This document shows positions 6,580-16,392 of a stretch of DNA of 27,930 nucleotides, one piece after another. This stretch comes from Gemmatimonadota bacterium. GTDB lineage: Bacteria; Gemmatimonadota; Gemmatimonadetes; Longimicrobiales; Gaopeijiaceae. The DNA is taken from the NCBI GenBank assembly GCA_050114895.1, contig JASFRP010000001.1, positions 1-27,930 of the forward strand. The letters are read 5' to 3'. A program made the translations under genes and the position numbers. Within the stretch, counting starts at the first letter, position 1. Each line of letters begins with the position of its first letter. Below the pieces are notes generated by a model. The model made no database searches and was not told where the DNA came from. It saw only the letters and a list, made by a program, of their open reading frames with translations.

Positions 6580-6889
6580 GCGCTTCGGTCCTTTCGGAGG
6601 GGTATCGCTCCTGCCCCAGCGGTCGACCGGGGAGTCGATGCTTCCAGGGACCCGTAATATGCATCCTCGAGCAACCGGTCCATACACCTCCCCGTTGGTG
6701 GAGATTGTCCCGCCCCCATCCGGGCTGCGTCCGTCCCGGGAAGCACCAGGGAGATCCCCCGAATACGGGGATTTGCTTCTACCCTATTGCACCGAGTCCC
6801 CCTGGCACCCAAGATCCAACTCTGTGGAGGACCGGGCGAGTCTTCTCCTCCGGGACTCCAGTGGTTTGAACCTCATCTCAATCTGATCG

Positions 6890-7735
6890 ATGAACGAAGC
6901 AGCGTTTCTTGGGCTGGGTGCCCTGGCGGGTGGCATTCTCGGCTGGTGGGTGGGCGCACGAGCAGGGGGGGGAAGGGTCGGGCAGCACCTATCCGGCCTC
7001 CTGGGAGCCCTGCGATCTGGGCGGCTCCCGGAGGCGGGGGCGGAGCCGGCCCGAGAGCTTCCCCCTGTCCGTGAGATCAGGGAGCTCCTGGCAAAGGGCT
7101 GGGTCCCACGGTCGATGGCTCGGGAAGAAGCTCTCCGGGAATCTCTACAGCGCCTTGCCGACTACCTGAGACACCGGGTGGAAGCCCCCCTCCTGGTAGG
7201 ACTGGACGAGGGAGACCAGGCTCTCAGGGAAAGTGCCGAAGCGGCCCTGGATGCGGTGGAGGACCTGGAGTTCTTCCTGGAGGATCCTCCCGTGGTTCCC
7301 GTCCTGGAGACGAAGAATCTCGTGGACTTGATGGGAGAGGTGACGCAGGAGTTCGTCGACAAGTTCACCATCTTCGTGAAGGTGGAGGGATCCCAGGAGC
7401 CCCTTCGCCTAAGAGTGGATCCTGAGCCGCTCAAGGATGCCATCTTCCTGCTCCTGCACAACGCGGGCGAGTTCGGAGGCGGGAAGCCGGTCCAGGTAAC
7501 GCTGCGGAAGGAGGTGGACAGCGTCCGGGTCCTCATTCGGGACCAGGGTCCGGGGTTCAGCGCCGACGCCATTCTGCAGGCGATGAGCCCCTTCTATTCC
7601 ACTGCCCCTGGCGGTCTCGGGCTGGGTCTTCCCTATGCCAAAATGGCCGTGAAAGCTCAGGGTGGTGACCTGCTCATACGCAACCGGGACGAGGGGGGGG
7701 CCGAAGTCGAGATCGTCCTTCCCATGAAGAGCTAG
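6890..7735 (+). CDS. Membrane-anchored histidine-kinase-like protein (HATPase_c) with atypical H-box, 281 aa
   Basis: N-terminal TM segment. N-box LLHNA, G1 IRDQGPG, F-box PFYST, G2 GLGLGL. The putative H-box reads LRHRVEAPL. Confidence 0.8.
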   Translation: MNEAAFLGLGALAGGILGWWVGARAGGGRVGQHLSGLLGALRSGRLPEAGAEPARELPPVREIRELLAKGWVPRSMAREEALRESLQRLADYLRHRVEAPLLVGLDEGDQALRESAEAALDAVEDLEFFLEDPPVVPVLETKNLVDLMGEVTQEFVDKFTIFVKVEGSQEPLRLRVDPEPLKDAIFLLLHNAGEFGGGKPVQVTLRKEVDSVRVLIRDQGPGFSADAILQAMSPFYSTAPGGLGLGLPYAKMAVKAQGGDLLIRNRDEGGAEVEIVLPMKS

Positions 7736-7796
7736 GGCTCCGGGTCAGAGATCCGGTGCCATTCGACGGCTCTCGCATCCGCCCGGGCCAGCGGGA

Positions 7797-8234
7797 TCAG
7801 ACGTACCCATACACGTGATACAGGAGCAGATACACGAGTAGACCCGTAACGGAGACGTACAGCCAAAGAGGGTACGTCCATCGAGCCAGCCTCGCGTGTG
7901 CGTGGAACCGGGAGGTTCGGATCAGAAGGACGAGGCGGAGGACCAGGGGTACGATGAGGACGGCCAGGGTCATATGGGAGAAGAGTATCCCCAGATAGAA
8001 GAGCCTGGCCGTTCCCTCACCGGCGAACCGATGGGTGCCGGTGAGGGAGAAGCGGACCACGTAGAAGAGGAGAAACAGGCCGGAGGACACCAGGGCCCCG
8101 GTCATGGCGGTCCGATGCCGTCGCACTTCCCTCTTCCTGATGAACCAGAGACCCCCCAGAAGGAGAAGGGTGCTCGCCAGGTTCAGGGTGGCGTTGACGG
8201 GAGCAAGCAGGTCACCGAGGGCCCGAGGTGTCAT
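7797..8234 (-). CDS. DUF420 family membrane protein, ~145 aa
   Basis: APVNATLN, HRTAM, SGLFLLFY, ILFSHMTLA, HARLARWTYPLWLYVSVTGLLVY. ATG lies 1 nt after the heme A synthase stop. Confidence 0.85.
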   Translation of the reverse strand: MTPRALGDLLAPVNATLNLASTLLLLGGLWFIRKREVRRHRTAMTGALVSSGLFLLFYVVRFSLTGTHRFAGEGTARLFYLGILFSHMTLAVLIVPLVLRLVLLIRTSRFHAHARLARWTYPLWLYVSVTGLLVYLLLYHVYGYV

Positions 8235-8235
8235 C

Positions 8236-9234
8236 TTAGCTTTCGTCAGCCCCATGGGTCGGGGTGAGCCGGGTTCCTGCACCCACCCTCGACGGTTCGC
8301 TCCCCGCTCCTTCCCTCCTCCGTTCATCGCTTCCCCCGGGGTTCTGGTGGGGAGCCCACGTCAGGACGCTGATGGTCACGAGGAGGGTCAGCAAGGTGGC
8401 GGCGAAGAGGGTGTGAAGCGCCACGGGGACAACCGCGAGGCGGGAATAGACCGAGAGGAATCCCAGCAGAACCTGAGCCAGCGCCACCAGTACGATTGCC
8501 ACCCCCAGCATCCGGAGTCGCCGGGAGTCACTTCGCCGAAAGGCAACGTGTCCGACCCAGAATACGGCGAACAGAAGGAGCACTCCCAGAGCCCTGTGGC
8601 CGAAATGCAGGACCACCAGGGGATGGTGGAGAGGAGGGATCCACTCCCCCAGACAAAGGGGCACATCCGGGCAGGCCATGCCTGCGTCGGTGTGCCGGAC
8701 GGTCGCCCCCAGGACGGACTGCAGAAAAGCGAGTGTCGCGGCGGCGGTGGCACTCTTCCGAAGGGGTCCAACGGCTGCAGGACGGGGTCCGACGCCCTGA
8801 GTCCAACCTTCGGATGTGGCGACGGCGAGAATGGTGGCAAGGGCCAGAAAGAGGAATGCCAGGGCCAGGTGAGAGGTGGAGACGGCATCGGGAAGCCGGA
8901 GGAGCACGGTGACTCCGCCGAGGACCGCCTGAATCAGGAGGAGCCCGATTCCCACCAGGGCCCACCAGCGCACCCAGGCGAACCGCGGGGTCTCCCGGAA
9001 CGCGAGCCAGGTCGCGGCAGCGAAGAGGAGAATCAAACCACCCGCCACCAGCCGGTGGAGGTGCTCCCAAAAGACACCACCCGTCATCTCCGGAACCAGG
9101 GTCCCGAAGCAGGTGGGCCAGTCCGGGCAGGCGAGGCTGGATGCGGTAGCGTGGACGATGCTCCCCAGAAGGAGGAGGCCGAGAGTCCAGAGTACGGTGA
9201 CCAGAAAGGCCTGTGGGTGCTGTCGGTTCTTCAT
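8236..9234 (-). CDS. ctaA: Heme A synthase (COX15/CtaA), type-1-like with two Cys pairs, ~332 aa
   Basis: CPDWPTC, WEHLHR, SHLALA, second loop CPDVPLC, HFGHR, LHTLFA; about 8 TM segments. Confidence 0.9.
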   Translation of the reverse strand: MKNRQHPQAFLVTVLWTLGLLLLGSIVHATASSLACPDWPTCFGTLVPEMTGGVFWEHLHRLVAGGLILLFAAATWLAFRETPRFAWVRWWALVGIGLLLIQAVLGGVTVLLRLPDAVSTSHLALAFLFLALATILAVATSEGWTQGVGPRPAAVGPLRKSATAAATLAFLQSVLGATVRHTDAGMACPDVPLCLGEWIPPLHHPLVVLHFGHRALGVLLLFAVFWVGHVAFRRSDSRRLRMLGVAIVLVALAQVLLGFLSVYSRLAVVPVALHTLFAATLLTLLVTISVLTWAPHQNPGGSDERRREGAGSEPSRVGAGTRLTPTHGADES

Positions 9235-9390
9235 GGCGGCCAGGTACCCGGGAGGTAATGGCGCGTGCCTCCCTGAGGGGGAAGTGGCAGAGGCTCTGCC
9301 CGACTCCGGCGTGGAATGGAGCCGGTTCTTCCGGTAAGTTTCTGCGTTCCCGGAAGCGGGCGCCATCTCCAGCGTGAAGGTGGGGGAGCC

Positions 9391-11232
9391 ATGTCCGAAA
9401 ATAAACCACCGGTGGGAGGTACCGGAAAGCGCTTGAGCCCGAAGCAGACGCTCGGGTTCCTGAAGCTCCTGGCGCCTCGGGTTGCACCCTACAAGAAACC
9501 GCTGGCGGTGGCCGGGGTCCTGCTCTTCATCGGAACCGCAATCGGCCTGGCTTTTCCCCTCGTGGTCAGGCAGCTCCTCGACGCCGCCTTCCTGGCGGGA
9601 GACGCCTCCCTCCTGAATCTCATCGCCCTGGGGCTGATTGGACTCTTCGGGATCCAGGCCGTGAACAACTTCGGTCAGAGCTACCTCACCGCATCGGTCT
9701 CGGAGAGGGTGGTGGCGGACCTGAGGCGAGATCTATTTCGGTCCCTGGTCTTTCAACCCCCGGGATTCTTCGACGAACGCCGGGTGGGTGAGCTTACCTC
9801 ACGCATCTCCTCCGATACGGGGCTCGTCCAGGCGGTCCTGAGGTTCGGGATTCCCGAGTTGATGCGGCAAGGGGTGTTCCTGGTGGGAGCCCTGGTTCTC
9901 GTGACTGTCACGCATCCCCGCCTGACCCTGGTCACCCTCATCGCGATCCCCTTCGCCGCTCTGGTGGGATGGCTGTTCGGGAAGCGGGTCCGGCGCCTCA
10001 CCACCCGCATCCAGGATCGCCTGGCCGGTGCGGTGTCCAGAGCGGAGCAGGTCTTCACCCAGATCCGGACGGTGCAGGCTTTCACCCGGGAGGACTGGGA
10101 AGAGGAGAGATTCACCCGGGAAATCATGGCTGTGAGGGACGAAGGACTCCGGAGAGCGGTGGCACGAGCGGGGCTCACCGGTGCGGTGACCTTCTCAGCA
10201 TTCGGTGGCATCGTCCTGGTGCTCTGGGAGGGCGGACACCTGGTTCTGGAAGGGGCCCTTACCCCCGGGACCCTCGTGGCCTTCCTTCTGTATGCCGTGA
10301 CCATCGCCGGAGCCATCACCTCCCTCGCGGGGTTCTGGGGGAACCTTCAGGAGGCGGCGGGGGCAGCCCAGCGGATCTTCGAGCTGATGGCGCATCCCAG
10401 AGCCCTCCGGGACCCGGAGACGCCGGCGGTACTCCCCTCGCCGGTTCGAGGGGAGGTCGCCTTCGAAGGGGTGACCTTCCGGTATGGACAGGGGCTGCCA
10501 CTGGTCCTCAAGGGGATCGACGTGGGGATCGCGCCTGGAGAGCGGGTGGCTCTGGTGGGAACCTCCGGGGCGGGAAAGAGCACGATGGCGTCCCTCATTT
10601 CGCGCTTCTACGATGTAGAGGACGGGAGGGTTACCCTGGACGGCCTGGACGTGAGAACCTTCGGGCTGACCGATCTGCGGACACACATCGGGATCGTGCC
10701 TCAGGAACCGATGCTTTTTGCCGGCACTGTGCGAGAGAACCTGGCCTATGGTCGCCCCGATGCCAGTGACCAGGAGATCGAAACGGCCGCGCGGAACGCC
10801 CATGCCCACGACTTCATCCAGAGCTTCCCCAACGGCTACGACCAGCTCATTGGTGAAAGGGGGGTCACTCTCAGCGCCGGCCAGCGTCAGCGGGTCGCCA
10901 TCGCGCGGGTGATGCTCGAACGCCCGGCCGTCCTCATCCTCGACGAGGCCTCGTCGAGCCTGGATGCCGAGAGCGAGTCGCTGGTCCAGGATGCCCTGGA
11001 CCGGTTGATGGCGGGGCGGACCACCGTCGTCATCGCTCACCGCCTCTCGACGGTGATCCGTGCCGACGGGATCCTGGTGCTGGATGGCGGGACCATCGTC
11101 GATCGTGGGAGCCACACCGACCTCCTGGGCCGCAGCCCAGTCTATCAACGCCTCTACCAGCGCCAGTTCGACGACGCCCTGGCATCCACCAGGGAATCGG
11201 GCGGGCAGGCTTTGCTGGGGGACGAACCGTAG
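9391..11232 (+). CDS. ABC exporter, fused TMD-NBD (MsbA-like), ~613 aa
   Basis: Six TM segments, FFDERRVGELTSR, Walker A GTSGAGKST, signature LSAGQRQR, Walker B LILDEA, H-loop IAHRLST. RBS GGGGGAG before ATG 9391. Confidence 0.93.
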   Translation: MSENKPPVGGTGKRLSPKQTLGFLKLLAPRVAPYKKPLAVAGVLLFIGTAIGLAFPLVVRQLLDAAFLAGDASLLNLIALGLIGLFGIQAVNNFGQSYLTASVSERVVADLRRDLFRSLVFQPPGFFDERRVGELTSRISSDTGLVQAVLRFGIPELMRQGVFLVGALVLVTVTHPRLTLVTLIAIPFAALVGWLFGKRVRRLTTRIQDRLAGAVSRAEQVFTQIRTVQAFTREDWEEERFTREIMAVRDEGLRRAVARAGLTGAVTFSAFGGIVLVLWEGGHLVLEGALTPGTLVAFLLYAVTIAGAITSLAGFWGNLQEAAGAAQRIFELMAHPRALRDPETPAVLPSPVRGEVAFEGVTFRYGQGLPLVLKGIDVGIAPGERVALVGTSGAGKSTMASLISRFYDVEDGRVTLDGLDVRTFGLTDLRTHIGIVPQEPMLFAGTVRENLAYGRPDASDQEIETAARNAHAHDFIQSFPNGYDQLIGERGVTLSAGQRQRVAIARVMLERPAVLILDEASSSLDAESESLVQDALDRLMAGRTTVVIAHRLSTVIRADGILVLDGGTIVDRGSHTDLLGRSPVYQRLYQRQFDDALASTRESGGQALLGDEP

Positions 11233-11256
11233 GACCAGAGAACACGAGGATTCGCC

Positions 11257-12414
11257 ATGACCAACTTCGCCTCCGTTGCGTCCAACCTCGGCACCGTAAC
11301 CAAAGGGGCGCTAAACGGCGCGCTTCATCCCCTGAGATCCGTCCGCATGGCCGGGCGACTCGTTCACAGGAGCGGCCAGAAGCCGGGTGCTCCTCCGGGT
11401 TCCCTGGTGCACTCCGGCCCGCAGAAGGTGGAGAAGGTCAGGCTTCGCCTCTTCGAGTACGACGCGGACAGACTCCAGGAACGGACGCTGGAGGACGTCT
11501 CCGAGGCTTTCGCCATCCGGGACAATCCCCCGGTCGGCTGGGTGAACGTGGATGGGTTGCACGACACGGACATCCTGGGACAGATCAGGGACAGCTTCGG
11601 GATCCACCTCCTCGTCATGGAGGATGTCCTCACCCTGGGCCAACGGGCGAAGATGGAGGAGTACGAGGGATACCTCTTCTTCGTGCTCCCCATGCTCACC
11701 TTCGACGAGGACACGCTCACGGTTCACGCGGAACAGCTCAGCCTTGTCCTGGGTCCGAGTTGGGTCCTGACCTTTCAGGAGCGATTCGGCGACGTCCTCG
11801 AGCCCGTCCGGGAACGCCTGAGGAACGGGCATGGACGGATACGCCAGAGAGGCTCCGACTACCTGGCCTACGCCCTCATCGATGCGGTGGTGGACCGCTA
11901 TTTCGGGATCCTGGAGAAGCTTGGGGACGTTGCGGAAGATCTGGAGGAGGCGGTGATGGAGGATCCGGCGCCTGAGGTCCTACACAGGATCAACCACCTG
12001 AAGAAGGAGCTCCTTCTGCTAAGAAGATCCATCTGGCCCCTCCGGGAGGCCCTCAGCGCCTTCGCCCGGACGGAGTCGGAGCTGGTGGCGGAGGGCACCC
12101 AGATCTTCGTGCGTGACGTCTACGACCACGCGATACAGGTCATCGACACCGTGGAGACCCTCAGGGACCTCACCGGCGGGATGACGGACCTCTACCTCTC
12201 CAGCGTGGGTCAGCGGACCAATGAGGTGATGAAGGTCCTCACCATCATGGCCTCCATCTTCATCCCACTCACCTTCATGGCAGGGATCTACGGGATGAAT
12301 TTCGATGTCATGCCGGAGCTTCACGTACCCTGGGCATACCCGGTCCTCTGGCTCGTCATGCTGGCGGTAGCCGGGGCCATGGTCTGGTACTTCCGGAAGA
12401 AGAAGTGGTTCTGA
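11257..12414 (+). CDS. corA: Magnesium/cobalt transporter CorA, 385 aa
   Basis: KPGAPPGSL, WVNVDGLHD, YLAYALIDAVVDRYF, NEVMKVLTI, YGMNF (GMN motif), MPEL, two C-terminal TM helices. An alternative start exists at ATG 11347. Confidence 0.95.
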   Translation: MTNFASVASNLGTVTKGALNGALHPLRSVRMAGRLVHRSGQKPGAPPGSLVHSGPQKVEKVRLRLFEYDADRLQERTLEDVSEAFAIRDNPPVGWVNVDGLHDTDILGQIRDSFGIHLLVMEDVLTLGQRAKMEEYEGYLFFVLPMLTFDEDTLTVHAEQLSLVLGPSWVLTFQERFGDVLEPVRERLRNGHGRIRQRGSDYLAYALIDAVVDRYFGILEKLGDVAEDLEEAVMEDPAPEVLHRINHLKKELLLLRRSIWPLREALSAFARTESELVAEGTQIFVRDVYDHAIQVIDTVETLRDLTGGMTDLYLSSVGQRTNEVMKVLTIMASIFIPLTFMAGIYGMNFDVMPELHVPWAYPVLWLVMLAVAGAMVWYFRKKKWF

Positions 12415-12633
12415 GACAAAGGACCCGGGAGGCTGAAGCCGGTCCCCAGGCCGGCTGGAGCCGGGAGCCTCCCTGGATCCCTTGACATCCTCTCTCGCAA
12501 CGCCCGACCTTCCGTCGCGTTCGGTCCCGTCGTCAGGGTCCCCGCCGCATCCTCGGGGGTGATCCACGGGGAGGGTTCCTGTGGAGGCACCCCCTCAGAG
12601 AGATCGTGGGTCGGAAATGAGGACAAGTTGGGT

Positions 12634-14871
12634 GTGAGAATCGGAAACGCGGCCTTTCCCCTGGGCGTTCTGCTCTTTCTCCTCCCTGCGCCCGCCGCTC
12701 CGCAGGCTACCGGGAACGGGGGGGGGGACGATTCGGCCGGCTCCGCGGTCCTGGACCCGGAGGCTATGCCCCGCCCCACTGCCCGCGCCGTGAGGACCAC
12801 CTCACCCCTCATCATGGACGGAGTCCTCGACGAGGCGGCCTGGGCCGAGGCCGAGCCCATTACGGGCTTCATTCAGTCCATGCCGAATGCGGGTGCGCCG
12901 GCCACCGAAGAGACGGTGGTGCGAGTCCTCTACGATGACCGGAAAATCTACATCGGGGCCTTGATGCTGGACTCGGAGCCCGAAGGGATCATCCATCAGT
13001 TCCTGGAACAGGACTACGAGACGCACGACGACGACGTCTTCGCGGTGACTCTGGATACTTTCCTGGACCGGCGGGATTCCTTCATGTTCCTCATCAACCC
13101 GAACGGAGCCGTGAAGGACGGGCAGACCTTCGACAACTCCAGGACCACGAACCTCGCCTGGGAGGGGGTCATCGAAGTCGAGACCACCATCCACGACGAG
13201 GGGTGGACGGTGGAGCTGGCCATTCCTTTCACGACACTCCGCTTCGATCCCCGAGAGGGAGAGCAATCCTGGGGGATGAACTTCCTCCGGAGGATCCGGC
13301 GGAAGAACGAGGATTCCTATTGGGCGCCGGTGGACCGGAGGACCCGGGTACACACGATGGCCTACGCCGGGACCGTCTCGGGATTCTCCGGTCTCCCCCA
13401 CCCTCGCAATATCACCCTCAAGCCGTTCGGCCTCGCTTCCAATTCCAGAGGGACCCTGATGAGTCCCTCGGAGGTGGGAACCACTTCGGACTTCGGGATG
13501 GATCTGAAGTGGGGGGTCACGCCCCGTCTGACCCTGGATCTGACGTACCGGACGGATTTCTCTCAAGTGGAGGTGGACCAGGAGCAGGTGAACCTCACCC
13601 GCTTTTCCCTGTTCTTTCCGGAGAAGCGGGATTTCTTCATGGAAAACGCCGGCATCTTCGCCTTCGGGGACCTCTCGGAGCGAAACATCCGCCTGGGCGC
13701 GTCTCCGCGGGATTTCACCCTCTTCCACTCCCGGCGAATCGGTCTCTCGGCCGGGCGACCGGTCCCCATCGTCGGCGGCGGCCGATTGACGGGAAGGGCG
13801 GGGGGGTTCGACATCGGCTTCCTCAACATGAGGACGGAGAGTGGTGAGGGCCTCCCCTCCGAAAGCTTCTCCGTGGCCAGGGTTCGAAGGACGTTCCCCG
13901 GAGAGCTGCAGGTGGGGGCCCTCGTGGCGAGTCGGGACCCCCTGGGCGAGGGGGAGAGGGAATACAACCGGAGCTATGGCGCCGACCTGAATCTCACGGT
14001 TGCTGGAAAGCTTTTCCTCCATTCCTACCTGGCCGCCACGGATTACCCCGGGGTGGAGGGGAACAACAGGGCCGGACGTGTGTCCCTCGCCTTCCGGGAC
14101 CGACTCTGGGACCTTTCAGCCCTGTACCGGGAGGTGGGAGACGCCTTCGAGCCGGGGCTTGGGTTCGTGAGCAGGAAGGGAATCCGGCACTCCTATGGGA
14201 CCCTGGGGGCGCACCCGAGGCCGGCCATCCCCGGGGTGAACGAGCTGAACCCCTACCTGGAGCTTCATTACATCACCAACCTTCATTCCGCCCTGGAGAG
14301 CCGGGAAGGGACGGCAGGGCTAGGAATCCTGTTCGGGGACGGTGGAGAGCTCCAGACTCGGGTTTCGGACCGGTTCGAAGCCATCGACGAGGCCTTCGCC
14401 GTGGCCCGGGAGGGGGAGGTCCTGCCGGGACGGTACGATTTCACCGAAGGCTCCATCTCCTACGCGTCCAGTGCGGCTCGACCCCTTTCCGGGGAATTGG
14501 AGATCTCGGGAGGGGGATACTACGGCGGCCACCGGAGCTCGGTGAGCATGTCGGGAGCCTGGCGGCCGAGTCGCCATTTCGCGCTGGATCTCCGCATGCA
14601 ACGGAACCGGATCTCGTTGCCCGGCAAGGAGTTTTCCGCGGACGTATTCGGTGCACGGGTGGATCTGGCGGGCTCCCGACGCCTCTTCCTCAGCTCCTTC
14701 CTCCAGTACAACACCGCCTCGGAGGAGGTCGTCACCAACATACGCCTGAACTTCATCCACTCTCCCCTGAGCGATCTGTTCCTGGTGTTCTCGGAGCGCC
14801 GGGAGTCTCATGGGGGAGTGGTGCTGGAACGGGGCGTCACGCTGAAGGTGACCAAGCTCTTTTCCTTCTAG
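12634..14871 (+). CDS. DUF5916-like secreted protein: CBM9/DOMON-like N-domain plus probable outer-membrane beta-barrel, ~745 aa
   Basis: GTG start after GAGGA, signal peptide, DGVLDEAAW, W.VELAIPFTTLRF, TDFSQVEVD, LFFPEKRDFFME. Alternating beta-strand pattern and terminal KLFSF (C-terminal Phe typical of OM barrels). Confidence 0.8.
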   Translation: MRIGNAAFPLGVLLFLLPAPAAPQATGNGGGDDSAGSAVLDPEAMPRPTARAVRTTSPLIMDGVLDEAAWAEAEPITGFIQSMPNAGAPATEETVVRVLYDDRKIYIGALMLDSEPEGIIHQFLEQDYETHDDDVFAVTLDTFLDRRDSFMFLINPNGAVKDGQTFDNSRTTNLAWEGVIEVETTIHDEGWTVELAIPFTTLRFDPREGEQSWGMNFLRRIRRKNEDSYWAPVDRRTRVHTMAYAGTVSGFSGLPHPRNITLKPFGLASNSRGTLMSPSEVGTTSDFGMDLKWGVTPRLTLDLTYRTDFSQVEVDQEQVNLTRFSLFFPEKRDFFMENAGIFAFGDLSERNIRLGASPRDFTLFHSRRIGLSAGRPVPIVGGGRLTGRAGGFDIGFLNMRTESGEGLPSESFSVARVRRTFPGELQVGALVASRDPLGEGEREYNRSYGADLNLTVAGKLFLHSYLAATDYPGVEGNNRAGRVSLAFRDRLWDLSALYREVGDAFEPGLGFVSRKGIRHSYGTLGAHPRPAIPGVNELNPYLELHYITNLHSALESREGTAGLGILFGDGGELQTRVSDRFEAIDEAFAVAREGEVLPGRYDFTEGSISYASSAARPLSGELEISGGGYYGGHRSSVSMSGAWRPSRHFALDLRMQRNRISLPGKEFSADVFGARVDLAGSRRLFLSSFLQYNTASEEVVTNIRLNFIHSPLSDLFLVFSERRESHGGVVLERGVTLKVTKLFSF

Positions 14872-14959
14872 TGCCTGGGTCGATAGGTTGGCCCGTTGTC
14901 GCTGCCAATCTTCTCCCGGCCTCATCTGCCCGGGCCCCGAATCACAGGCTTCCCGAGGA

Positions 14960-15934
14960 ATGAAGGTGCGCATACTCTCCCTCAGCCTTCTTCTCCTGGT
15001 CGCGTCCAGCGGCTGCCAGGCGGGTTCGGGCACCTCGGGATACCAGTGTATCGCTCCCGCCAACCCGGGCGGGGGATGGGATCTGGCCTGTCGGCTTGCG
15101 AGCCGGGCCTTCACGGAGTCAGGTCTGATCGCGGGGAATATCCAGGTGGTGAATCTCCCTGGCGCAGGAGGGGGCCGAGCTTTCGTCCAGCTGGCTACAC
15201 GGCGCCGCTCGGACCCCGGCGTATTCGTCGCTGCGAGTCCCGCCACCACCCTCAATCTCGCCCAGGAAAGGTTCGGATCTCTGGAAGTGGGCGACGTGCG
15301 TTGGGTAGCTGCTCTCGCGGCGGAATCCGGGGTGCTCGCCGTGCGGGCCGACGCGCCCTGGAGATCCCTGGAAGAGCTCATGGCCCAGTGGAGAGCCGAC
15401 CCCTCCTCCATCGTGACGGCCGGGGGTAGCGCGGTGGCAAGCCAGGACCACGTGAAGGTCCTGTTGATGGCGGAAGCGGGTGGGATCGACCCGCTCCGCG
15501 TCCGTTACGTTCCCTTCGACGGGGGGGGAGAGGCCCTGGCGGCCGTGCTGGGCGGATTCGTCGACCTCTTCTCTGGAGACGTATCGGAGGTCCTGCCCCA
15601 CATGGAGGCGGGCTCGGCTCGCATCCTCACGGTCATGAGTCGGGACCCACTCTCCCCCCCGCTGGATGAGCTTCCCACGACCTTTCAGGCCGGCTACCCG
15701 GTGGCATGGCCTACCTGGCGGGGCTTCTACATCCCCGGTGACGTGCCCGACTCGGTCTACGAAGGATGGTCGGACCGCTTCCTGGCCCTCGGGTCATCCC
15801 AGGAATGGGGGGATATCACGAGAGCCTATCGGTGGGAGCCGTTCGTGCTCGTGGGCCCGGAATTCGAGACGTTCGTGAAGGATCAGGTGGGGACGTTCCG
15901 CGGCCTGGCCCGGAGGATGGGGCTCATCCCTTGA
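14960..15934 (+). CDS. tctC: Tripartite tricarboxylate transporter substrate-binding protein (Bug/TctC), lipoprotein, ~324 aa
   Basis: Lipobox-type signal (LLLLVASSG-C), CIAPANPGGGWD, NLPGAGGG, YVPFDGGGEA, WRGFY. Confidence 0.9.
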   Translation: MKVRILSLSLLLLVASSGCQAGSGTSGYQCIAPANPGGGWDLACRLASRAFTESGLIAGNIQVVNLPGAGGGRAFVQLATRRRSDPGVFVAASPATTLNLAQERFGSLEVGDVRWVAALAAESGVLAVRADAPWRSLEELMAQWRADPSSIVTAGGSAVASQDHVKVLLMAEAGGIDPLRVRYVPFDGGGEALAAVLGGFVDLFSGDVSEVLPHMEAGSARILTVMSRDPLSPPLDELPTTFQAGYPVAWPTWRGFYIPGDVPDSVYEGWSDRFLALGSSQEWGDITRAYRWEPFVLVGPEFETFVKDQVGTFRGLARRMGLIP

Positions 15935-16392
15935 GGCGTCTGGATCGGTTCCTGGGTGTCTCGCTGCTGGGTGCCGGGGTCGGGATCTTCGGTGCCGCCA
16001 GGAGGTTCACCGTGGGGTTCCTGGTGGACCCCGTGGGGCCTCGCGCCCTCCCCTACCTGGTGGCAGGGATCTTCGCCGTGGGAGGTGTCTCCCTCCTGGT
16101 TCGCAGAGGTCCGGGGCCGGAAGACAGTTCGGCACCCACGGGCCCGGGTGCGAGCTTTGCCTCTCAGGGCCTGTGCGCAGGAGCTCTTCTCCTCTATGCG
16201 GTCTCGATCCCCATGCTGGGCTTCCTCGCTTCGACGGTGCTGGCCACCAGCGCGCTGTCGAGGATCTTCGGAGGGCGCTGGTTGGCGGGACTGGGTGTCG
16301 GACTCGCCCTTGGGTTGGGCCTTTACGGTCTCTTTTCCTATGGGTTCGGCCTCGATCTTCCGCCGGGATCTCTCTTCGCCGGCGGCCCGTGA
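15931..16392 (+). CDS. tctB: Tripartite tricarboxylate transporter small membrane subunit TctB, ~153 aa
   Basis: TTG start overlaps the tctC stop (TTGA). DPVGPRALP motif, four TM segments, LGFLAST, C-terminal FGLDLP. Confidence 0.85.
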   Translation: MRRLDRFLGVSLLGAGVGIFGAARRFTVGFLVDPVGPRALPYLVAGIFAVGGVSLLVRRGPGPEDSSAPTGPGASFASQGLCAGALLLYAVSIPMLGFLASTVLATSALSRIFGGRWLAGLGVGLALGLGLYGLFSYGFGLDLPPGSLFAGGP

